Made by a program: the position numbers and the translations under genes. This document shows positions 12,578-22,043 of a DNA stretch of 64,000 nucleotides, piece after piece. Each line of letters begins with the position of its first letter. Positions within the stretch are counted from its first letter, which is position 1. The notes below the pieces were generated by a model that worked only from the letters and a program-made list of their open reading frames with translations, made no database searches and was not told where the DNA came from. Source of the DNA: Yuukianura sp. NJ FZ-2021 (taxonomy: Eukaryota); NCBI GenBank assembly GCA_046563655.1, contig CM102286.1:3968001-4032000 (forward strand), in the 5' to 3' direction.

Positions 12578-15500
12578 ATGAACAAGCGACTCCTGGAAAT
12601 GTTCTGTTACCATTGTCCGGGCCCAGCAACGCTCTCCACGCGCCTACCACCGCTCGACTACCCACACGCACCTACGGCCACGTTTGCTCACCACCCTTGT
12701 AAGTACCGAAACAAATTTTACGTACGTTTTTAAACTGTTTTACAACATTTTTTTAGGTTTTAATTTTATTTTAATTAGATTTTAATTTTATAAAGCTACT
12801 TTTCTTGTTTTATTTGGTCAATAATTATTTATAACGTAGAAAATTAAAGTTAACCCAGATTGAGGAAATTATGAAGCGAAGGTTTCACAAAAATTTGAGC
12901 CACGCTTCAAAATTTAGGCTCAAGGCTGATTTTTGATTGGTTGTATTCCTAAAGTAAACTGCGTAACTGCTCTTATTGTCACTCTTATTTAAAAACAAAA
13001 AATTTTTCAAATGGTTACAAAAAAGAGCTCAATTAAACGAAACTTTTATACCTAAAAGTCAATGGTTTGGGTGGAGAACGTACCCCCCCTCCCCCCCTTT
13101 TCTTTTGCACTTTTGGTTTTTCTTTTTGCACTTTTGTGCAACTTTTTATATTTCGTTTTTTCCCATGTTCACTGTATGTTTAAGAGTTTAATTAGTTTTT
13201 AAAAATAATTTTAAAAAATATTTTGCGGTTTTGTGGTTTGAGTCCCACCTGAAAAATCGTCTCTTCTTTGCACTTTTATGCAACTACTTTTTAGTTTTTT
13301 TTTATAGCTTGGGCTCATTTTAAACTTGGCATTTAATTTGGTTTTTAATTTTTTTTGTGTTTGAAAATACTACTTTCCCGGAAGCTATCTCTCTCGGAAA
13401 CTTTTTAAATAGTAAATTCTCAAAAATATTTCTTTGTAAACATCAGGTTCCTTTCTAAATATCTTTCGAAAATATTTTGAGATGACACAAGACCTAACCT
13501 ACGGTTCGTATTGCACGTTTGCGGTTTTTTAATTGCCAATTACTTCCGTGTCGCGATCGCTAATTAGAATGCACGAAAAAACTTACGACAAGTTCAAGCA
13601 ATGAAAACTTTTGACCTTGTGAATTGATTGACTCGTGTACAAAATACAAACTTATTTGCCATACAAACCTAATTTGCAAACACAAGGGCATTTGTGGGAG
13701 GTCTGCAGTCTAGCTTTTCGCCGAGTGAATAACGTTTCACTCACCGCAAAAGCATTGCGTAACCATTTCAATGCCGCAATTTGACTAGTCAGCGTTTCCG
13801 TCTAGTTGCTTATGATCCGTGGAGTGTTGGTACGCAAGTTTATACGACACCCAATGCTGATTTTGGTATTTTTCAAAATCACAAATTTCACCGACTAATT
13901 TGTGCCGCTAGACGTCAACCTCGGTTACTATTGGTCCGCTAGTCCTTCAAAACTACTAGTCGTTTTGAATGGGCAGGGAAATAGCTTTATCGCAAGTCAA
14001 CTGCCCAAGGACGTTCAAATCCCTCGAGTTTGACGACAAAGTGCGTCAACCTGGCTTCTGATTGGCCGACGTGTCGTTCCCAGAGGGCGTGGCTAGTACA
14101 ATACTGAAATTTGATTGGTCAAAATCCCAGCCCGTGTATCAATTTCAGCCATTTGGCGTCCATCTCGCTTTTGATTGGTCGACTTGTTGTTGCCCCAGAG
14201 GGCTTTGCCAGTAAAATACTGAAATTTGCTTGGTAAAAATCCCAACCTGTAAACCAATTTCAGCCATTTGGCGTCCATCTCGCTTCTGATTGGTCGACGA
14301 GTCGTTGCATCAGTGGGCGTGGCCAGTACATTGCTGCAATTTGATTGGTCAAAATCCCAAGCCCTTTACCAATTTTCAGCCAATGGGCGTGCAGCTCGCT
14401 TCTGATTGGTCGACATGACGTTCAAAAATGGCCTAGTCCCACCAATGGGAGTGGCTGGTCGCAAAATGTTTTAAACTCCTCTGCCATTTTTTTCTAGAAA
14501 GTGCATTAAAATAAACTCGTGGAATCATAAAAAGTGGTCTCGAGACATCATTTGTTGCTGAACCCTGGCGTATATACAGCGTGCTGTGTGCGCCAGAACA
14601 TTATAAACTGGCCAGTTTGGAAAACATTTAATCTTCACTGCTTTACCAAACCATACTCATTTGTAGTTTGACGAGCAACGGGAAAGGACGTGCTGGCAAA
14701 GCAGGAAGCAAAAGTAACCTCAAGGGTGTTTTTGACTGAGAGCGACACTGGTACAATGGATTCTGCACAAGTTACGCCAAAGAATAGCAGGAAAACGAAA
14801 AACGAGGATGGAAATCAGGTAATGGGGTTCCTCTCAAATGAAGAATTGCAAGTTCTGGAATCGGGTAATCGAAGAAACGCGAGAGTTGAGGATGACGATT
14901 CTGACGGACGGTCCAAGTTACCTCGCAAGTTGCAAAAAACGTCGCTGCAACATGGAAGAATGTCGCCATTTGAACAGCATATCCCACACCAAATGTCGCC
15001 AAGTGACACAGAAACACGCAAAACATCGAAAAAATCACGCCGCAAAGGGTCAAAGTCTATGAAATTGACGCGAAAACGAAAAAAAGGCGGAAGAAAAGAG
15101 GAGAGAATCGAATCCCCACGCTGTAGTGGAGCAGAATCTGATACAGATTCAACAAAAAAGAACAAAAAACATCAAAAAGTCACCCAAACTGAGGTTGCAG
15201 GAAAGAAATCAACTAGAAAAACTTCAAAAAGGAAACCAAAAAGGGGGCAAACTGGACTTAAGTATGCTACTTCGTACAAGAATGGTGCAAATGGTAGCCT
15301 GCTTCTGCGGTGAAACCACTTGCCTTTACACATTTGTCATTAAGTATAGTAGAAACTAAAGTCTCCCCACCTTTTGACTACTATAAATTAGCATTATTAG
15401 CCAGTTTGGCGGCCAGTCGGCATGCGAAAGCCGAGGTGACAACACCTCTCCGCCAAAAAATTGTGCAAAATTGTACGTTTAGTGAGCAGAGTTGTCTTCA

Positions 15501-18500
15501 AACGGTCGCCAATCGGTACCAAAAAGCCAAATTTAATACAGTTTTCTGCCAAAAAGTTTGACATTTGCATCCAAACGGTCGCCAGTCGGCATCGGCACCT
15601 CTTATCGACCTCATCTCTCGACGTACTTTAGACAACAATTGGCTCTACATTGTTGAGGTTCAGCGATTTTTAGCAAATTAAAATACCCCAACAATATCTC
15701 ACAGACTTTACCTAAAACGAGGCCAACTAACCACGGAAATGGAGCTTACCGTTCCAATGCACTCGAAGCTGGTGGACACAAATGCCAAATTGGACTTGTT
15801 TTCCATGCCAGATACCGAAGTTTCTTGCTTGCTGGACAATTATCTCAAAGTAGAGTCGTACTATGCAACAAAAGGAAATGAAAATCCGATTCATTTTTCG
15901 TTTTGGCAAATGGCCTACCTGGATTTGTCGGATTCGTTTTTCAGATTTGTAGTTTCCATTCGAAAAAAAGATGGCTCGGCACTCGGTGACACAGACAAGG
16001 TTGCTCCGGAAAATCTGTTCTTTCACACATTTATCGAAGATTTTAAAGTCGTTGTCAACAACACGCAAGTCGTAGCGCAGGGGCCAAGAGCATACCCGTA
16101 CGAGGCTTGGATATTTACTCAACTTCAGCAAGGGATTGGTTCGAAAAGCAGTACATTGTCCAGGGAAATTTATTTTCCCGGCAATGTTATGGACAACTTT
16201 GACGACACAAACCCAAGCTTCAAAGCTCGACTTGAGCTGGCAAAGAAAAGTAATCAATTTGAGATGATTGGACGCCCGATGCTTGGAATTTTCACTTCGC
16301 CGCGACTTTTCCCGCCAGGAACACGGTTCAATTTTCAAATTCAACGGACCAACCCAGAGTTTTGCTTGTGCGGACCATCCTCTACAACTGAATACAAGGT
16401 TGAAGTGGAGTGTGCAGACTTTTACGTTCGCCAATATCGTCTAAATGAAAAGTTGACTACACAACTTCGCACCGCATTTGCAAAAAAGAAAATGGCATTG
16501 TATTCTTTTGACAACGCCGTCAAGTTCTCTACGTATGTACCCGTTGGGGTCACCGAATTTGAAATTCCAAAAATTATGCCTACGGCAATTCGGCCAAAGC
16601 TCCTCTGCATTGCAATTACGACAAGCGAAGTCGTCAATGGTAAACTCGAAAAGTCACCGTTTAATTTCAAACCACATGGAATCAAAAACATGAAGCTCAA
16701 ATTCGAAGGAAAGGGAGTTGTTTTTGAGGAAATGAACTTTGAAAACAAAAATTACATGCTAGCCTACAACAACATGTGCAAGTTAATTTCACATGGAACC
16801 GACGGAAACGATATTACGTATGAGCAATTTGTAAAGGGCAACGCGATTTTTGTGTTTGACACTCAAAACTTGCGATCAGACACGTTCAATCCTGGAAAAA
16901 TTGGACAATTTGCATTGGGCCTTAGCTTTGACGAAAAGACAAAGGAAGAGCTAATGGTTATCACCATTGCCGTGGAAGACGTTACACTTGAAATTGGAGA
17001 AGGCGGACTAACGCGTTTCGCATCTACGAAAAGCATTTTTTTCAAGTAATTTTTTTCAACTTAAAATTTCAAAGCGTTCCTTCATATGTATTCCACTCAC
17101 AATACTTTATACAATTCATAGTCTTGTGTAATATATGGTATGAGCTTGAAAATAAAAACCAGCATCATTAAAGCTAAATAAAACCAATAGTCTAACTTTG
17201 GATTTATTTAAAACTAGTTTTTAAGCGGATCGGTGACGCGGCATGTACTTCTGAACCACATTATGTTGGCTTTTTGTGGACCGGCTGTGGTTTGCATCTC
17301 ATTTTTTTATGATTCCACGAGTTTATTTTATTGCACTTTCTAGAAAAAAATGGCAGAGGAGTTTAAAACATTTTGCGACCAGCTACTCCCATTGGTGGGA
17401 CTAGGCCATTTTTGAACGTCATGTCGACCAATCAGAAGCGAGCTGCACGCCCATTGGCTGAAAATTGGTAAAGGGCTTGGGATTTTGACCAATCAAATTG
17501 CAGCAATGTACTGGCCACGCCCACTGATGCAACGACTCGTCGACCAATCAGAAGCGAGATGGACGCCAAATGGCTGAAATTGGTTTACAGGTTGGGATTT
17601 TTACCAAGCAAATTTCAGTATTTTACTGGCAAAGCCCTCTGGGGCAACAACAAGTCGACCAATCAAAAGCGAGATGGACGCCAAATGGCTGAAATTGATA
17701 CACGGGCTGGGATTTTGACCAATCAAATTTCAGTATTGTACTAGCCACGCCCTCTGGGAACGACACGTCGGCCAATCAGAAGCCAGGTTGACGCACTTTG
17801 TCGTCAAACTCGAGGGATTTGAACGTCCTTGGGCAGTTGACTTGCGATAAAGCTATTTCCCTGCCCATTCAAAACGACTAGTAGTTTTGAAGGACTAGCG
17901 GACCAATAGTAACCGAGGTTGACGTCTAGCGGCACAAATTAGTCGGTGAAATTTGTGATTTTGAAAAATACCAAAATCAGCATTGGGTGTCGTATAAACT
18001 TGCGTACCAACACTCCACGGATCATAAGCAACTAGACGGAAACGCTGACTAGTCAAATTGAAATGGTTACGCAATGCTTTTGCGGTGAGTGAAACGTTAT
18101 TCACTCGGCGAAAAGCTAGACTGCAGACCTCCCACAAATGCCCTTGTGTTTGCAAATTAGGTTTGTATGGCAAATAAGTTTGTATTTTGTACACGAGTCA
18201 ATCAATTCACAAGGTCAAAAGTTTTCATTGCTTGAACTTGTCGTAAGTTTTTTCGTGCATTCTAATTAGCGATCGCGACACGGAAGTAATTGGCAATTAA
18301 AAAACCGCAAACGTGCAATACGAACCGTAGGTTAGGTCTTGTGTCATCTCAAAATATTTTCGAAAGATATTTAGAAAGGAACCTGATGTTTACAAAGAAA
18401 TATTTTTGAGAATTTACTATTTAAAAAGTTTCCGAGAGAGATAGCTTCCGGGAAAGTACTATTTTCAAACACAAAAAAAATTAAAAACCAAATTAAATGC

Positions 18501-21500
18501 CAAGTTTAAAATGAGCCCAAGCTATAAAAAAAAACTAAAAAGTAGTTGCATAAAAGTGCAAAGAAGAGACGATTTTTCAGGTGGGACTCAAACCACAAAA
18601 CCGCAAAATATTTTTTAAAATTATTTTTAAAAACTAATTAAACTCTTAAACATACAGTGAACATGGGAAAAAACGAAATATAAAAAGTTGCACAAAAGTG
18701 CAAAAAGAAAAACCAAAAGTGCAAAAGAAAAGGGGGGGAGGGGGGGTACGTTCTCCACCCAAACCATTGACTCCTAAAGTACGACGCGAAAATATTGTGG
18801 AAAAATGTTGAAATTGTTTATAAAAATATGAATCAAAATTTAAAAATTCATGAATATTTGTAGATCCGTCCTATGGTTATGCCCATGGAGATTCGGTGAC
18901 AGAAGATTCCTTTGTCAGAAGAAAACAACGTAGGAACCGCACGACATTTACACTTCAACAGGTAAGCACTCCAATTGTTTCATACCAAATCTATAAAAAT
19001 TTTATGTAAATGTAAATTTTGAATCTATAAATAATTTTTTAGAATGTTGATGAGCTGCATTAGTTTAAACAATGGTATTGGTCAAGTTTAATACCTGTAC
19101 TTTACAAAATTGGACATTGTAGGCCAGCAGATTAACAATTGTTGAAAAGATGACCTTACTCTGACCATTTACAGCTAAATTTTTTAATTATCAATTGAGT
19201 GTCAACAACCCTAGTTTGAAATTTAGAAATGTTGAAATTAGCAACAGTTAGAAACTCAAAACTGCTGCTTGTGTCATAAAAATTATTTTAAAGTGCCGTT
19301 TACTCTTGTAGCTTGAGGAACTGGAGACTGCCTTCGCGTCAACACACTACCCGGACGTTTTTACCCGGGAGGATCTTGCTCTGAAGATCAATCTCACTGA
19401 AGCACGAGTCCAGGTAAGAGAAAGCATTTTGTAACGTGATTTGCCAATTGGGGGGTGGAATCGCTCCTCCTCCAATGATAGATTCTGAATGTTAAGGGAT
19501 AGGACGTAGAATGAGTCCCAAGGTGACCTCTGGGTTATTTTGCCAAATGAAAAGTAATGACATGGCCTTAAGGACCCTCTCAACCTCTCACCAAATCCAA
19601 TTCAGACCATCCGCTTAAGCCTCTTGATAGACTGACCAAATCCCTCTGACCAAGGCCCCCCTTATTTCATAAATAATTCCAACGCCCTAACCAAACCCGG
19701 TAAATAAATGTGTATCCACGTGCACAAATTCATTACGTGTTGCATTCGCACGTAGTAACTAAGCTTTAGTTCTTAAAAAAGTTGTTTTCAATTTTACTCA
19801 AAAGTTATTTCACTTTTAAACTCATTTTTAATTTTAATTTTAAGCACAGGGCGTATTTTCCGTTGTTTTGAGAGAGTGAAAATGCAAGCGACCGACGTCT
19901 GAATCTTGTAGCCCGGAAGGAATTTCGTGTTCTGCTACTTTTTTTTAGAAAAATTTTTTTGAAGTCAAAAATTTCATTTTTGGAACGAAAACGTCAATAA
20001 ATTTTTCTTTTCTACAAACTGTTCTTTTAACATGAAATAAGTTCTCAGCAAATGCTAATTTTGTCTTGCTTTTGTTGCGCTATTTGATCGGGTATTAAAG
20101 TCGCTACTCTGAAATTGATTTTGTAAAAATTCTTAAACTTCTGAGAAAACGCAAACCTAATTTCAAATTCGCTAACATTGTTTCTAGAATTGAAAAAAAC
20201 GTTAAACTCAAAGTCTTCTTGAATGTCTTGCAAACAAAATGATTCTTGGATAGAGTATACTCGAAGTCTGAAGATTCAGTAAACTTTGAGACTTTTAGTT
20301 CTTAAATGAATTTCAATTACGCTACTACGGATGAAGACTCCAGCTCGAGCCAAAGTTCCAGGTTCCATGCCATTGTGTCAATTGAATTGTATCAACTGCC
20401 ATTGCATCAACTGAATTGTGTCAATTCGAATTGTATCAACGCTCAATTGTATCAACGGCTACTTGTATCAACCAACGTAACCTAACCTAACCTAAGCTAA
20501 ATTAAGCATTACACTCGTTGATACAATTAGTCGTTGATACAATTGGCCAGTTGATACAATTCAAATTGACACAATTCAGTTGATGCAATGGCAGTTGATA
20601 CAATTCAATTGATACAATGGCGTGCTACCAAGTTCCAAGAGAACAGAAAGTTTTCCAAATTGGATTGTAGATCATAATTCGAATTCTGTGGTCAGCCCTA
20701 GGAAAAGGGCCCTCCTCCCCCATATCCTATCAAAAGAATTTCCTGTTCTGTATCGAAGGAAGTGATCGTTCCTAGGGCTGTTGAGAATTCTAGAATTCTA
20801 GCAGGACTTTCACTTTGGCCAAAGTTACTTTCTTCGTCGGCTGACGCGTGCTCCCGGGACGGATCTCTTTGTTTCTGCTGTCGGAAGAAAGTAGAAGCTT
20901 TTTTGGTTGGGGTCCGCAGACAGAGAGACCGGATTGGGATTTCTGCTGATGGGATTAACGTCAGTCAAGGAACCACCGCCGCCGCGGTTCCCAACCTCCT
21001 TTTCAAAAGGAACAGCCGCCGTGGCAGCATTTCAGAGGGATCCGTCCGGGGAAGCGGGATGTTTTGAATACTTGAGTACTCCTAACGTCACTGTCACTCA
21101 CTCTAACTTTTTATTCAATTTGATTGTGAGCACAGGTCTGGTTCCAAAATAGACGAGCCAAGTGGAGGAAGGCGGAGAGGTTGAAGGAGGATCATGCAAA
21201 GGCCAAAGCAAAGGACCTCGGTGACGACCCAGAAGATGACGATGTGGATGTCCTGGACAAGGAGACGGAAGATGAAGAAGATGATGGTCCCAAGACAGAA
21301 CTACTCAAATCTACGCGCCCCAACTCCAATGCCAGCAGTACTAATGACAAAAGAGAGCTAACCAGTTTACCATCACCTTCCCCAGTTGATGGGTTAGTTC
21401 TTCAAATTAAAAAAAAATTGAACTTCTTATGACTGAATTTCCAACTCAGTCGTAAAAATTTTTCAAAATTTTGACAGGTTCCGGCCAACTACGGAAATTA

Positions 21501-22043
21501 GACCAATATTTCCAACACCATTCCACGCCACATCACCAGTATTGAGGCCAAATCCTTCAATCAAAGGTACTACCAAAATTAAATTTTTTTTTAATTATGC
21601 TCTACCTCCTTGCGCTAAAAACTTTTTAAAAAATTGAAAACAAAATGTTTGGAGCTAATTTGTTAGGCTCTTCTGTATGAATATGAATGCTCAAGTGCAA
21701 ATTTAGCCTCAAAACTTTTCAGAATTTTCCTGAACCAACAAAAACTTTCTAAAAAACAACTAGATTAGCTAAAAACAACTGCTGGAGTTTGGATTAGCCA
21801 CAACAAAAAACCGGTTTTAACCTTAGCTCTAACTTTGGTTTAGGCCCCTTTGACTGCTGGACATCCAAGAGCCCGTTTCCATCTCCCATCGGACTCGGGC
21901 GCGGTTTGGATCCACGGTCATCCAGCGTCGCTGAACTTCGTCGAAAAGCGCAAGAACACACCGCTGCCCTCCTCCAGTCCTTCCATGAATCTCTATTCAA
22001 TAGTTCCTTCTTCCTGGAACGCCGACAGCCCAAAGAACAGTAG
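12578..22043 (+). CDS. Drgx: Paired-like homeobox protein DRGX/Prrxl1 with OAR domain; 6 exons
   Basis: Exons 12578-12698 ([14 protein letters not shown]..., like vertebrate MFYFHCP), 18864-18961 ([15 protein letters not shown]), 19312-19413 ([34 protein letters not shown]), 21136-~21392 ([15 protein letters not shown]), ~21478-21566 and ~21844-22043 ([18 protein letters not shown]). Splice phases are consistent. Confidence 0.9.
13057..14533 (+). repeat. Left terminal inverted repeat (1,477 bp)
   Basis: Reverse complement of 17304-18772. Differences noticed: an 8-bp insertion near 13772 and about three substitutions. Confidence 0.95.
14055..14460. repeat. ~115-bp subterminal tandem repeat (about 3.4 copies) rich in CCAAT (ATTGG) and GC-box (GGGCGTGGC) motifs; mirrored at ~17377-17782
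   Basis: Units start TTCTGATTGG(C/T)CGAC or TTTTGATTGGTCGAC at ~14055, ~14169, ~14284 and ~14400. Each has ATTTG(A/C)TTGGT(C/A)AAAATCCCA and TTTCAGCCA..GGCGT. Confidence 0.85.
14756..15313 (+). CDS. Lys/Arg/Ser-rich basic protein (185 aa from first ATG); candidate DNA-condensing core protein of the element
   Basis: Intact ORF in the element's unique core with dense basic runs ([37 protein letters not shown]). TATA-like sequences lie upstream at ~14570-14607. Function is inferred from composition and context only. Confidence 0.6.
   Translation: MDSAQVTPKNSRKTKNEDGNQVMGFLSNEELQVLESGNRRNARVEDDDSDGRSKLPRKLQKTSLQHGRMSPFEQHIPHQMSPSDTETRKTSKKSRRKGSKSMKLTRKRKKGGRKEERIESPRCSGAESDTDSTKKNKKHQKVTQTEVAGKKSTRKTSKRKPKRGQTGLKYATSYKNGANGSLLLR
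15739..17049 (+). CDS. Polinton/Maverick (adintovirus-like) double-jelly-roll major capsid protein (PY / F54H12.2-like), 436 aa, intronless
   Basis: Collinear family motifs: [63 protein letters not shown]...[44 protein letters not shown] at ~17151. Confidence 0.88.
   Translation: MELTVPMHSKLVDTNAKLDLFSMPDTEVSCLLDNYLKVESYYATKGNENPIHFSFWQMAYLDLSDSFFRFVVSIRKKDGSALGDTDKVAPENLFFHTFIEDFKVVVNNTQVVAQGPRAYPYEAWIFTQLQQGIGSKSSTLSREIYFPGNVMDNFDDTNPSFKARLELAKKSNQFEMIGRPMLGIFTSPRLFPPGTRFNFQIQRTNPEFCLCGPSSTTEYKVEVECADFYVRQYRLNEKLTTQLRTAFAKKKMALYSFDNAVKFSTYVPVGVTEFEIPKIMPTAIRPKLLCIAITTSEVVNGKLEKSPFNFKPHGIKNMKLKFEGKGVVFEEMNFENKNYMLAYNNMCKLISHGTDGNDITYEQFVKGNAIFVFDTQNLRSDTFNPGKIGQFALGLSFDEKTKEELMVITIAVEDVTLEIGEGGLTRFASTKSIFFK
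17304..18772 (-). repeat. Right terminal inverted repeat (1,469 bp)
   Basis: Near-identical reverse complement of 13057-14533. Confidence 0.95.
20361..20629. mobile_element. Foldback MITE (269 bp) with ~15-bp subrepeats and an 8-bp TSD, in Drgx intron 3
   Basis: AAGTTCCA|GGTTCCATGCCATTG...CAATGGCGTGCTACC|AAGTTCCA. The arms are built of ATTGTATCAAC / GTTGATACAAT repeats around a central (TAACC)n. Confidence 0.85.

Larger units (their letters stand above)
13057..18772 (+). mobile_element. Miniature non-autonomous Polinton/Maverick-type element (5,716 bp) with ~1.47-kb TIRs and a 6-bp TSD, carrying a major capsid protein gene; inserted in Drgx intron 1
   Basis: CCTAAA (13051-13056)|AGTCAATGGTTTGGG ... 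CCCAAACCATTGACT|CCTAAA (18773-18778). A 6-bp TSD and AG...CT ends are Polinton hallmarks. The internal ORF resembles the Polinton MCP. Confidence 0.92.

Noticed and set aside
14093..14278. Identical 61-aa ORFs at 14093-14278 (-) and 17559-17744 (+)
   Set aside because: They are mirror images inside the TIR subrepeats, so identity comes from the inverted repeat. No protein features are recognisable.
15310..15561. 83-aa GTG-start ORF between the basic ORF and MCP
   Set aside because: No ATG start and no recognisable motifs. It overlaps the repeated intergenic motifs and is more likely regulatory.
15727..16748. Antisense ORFs (235 aa and 108 aa) over the capsid gene
   Set aside because: Shadow ORFs of a long coding sequence with no independent features.
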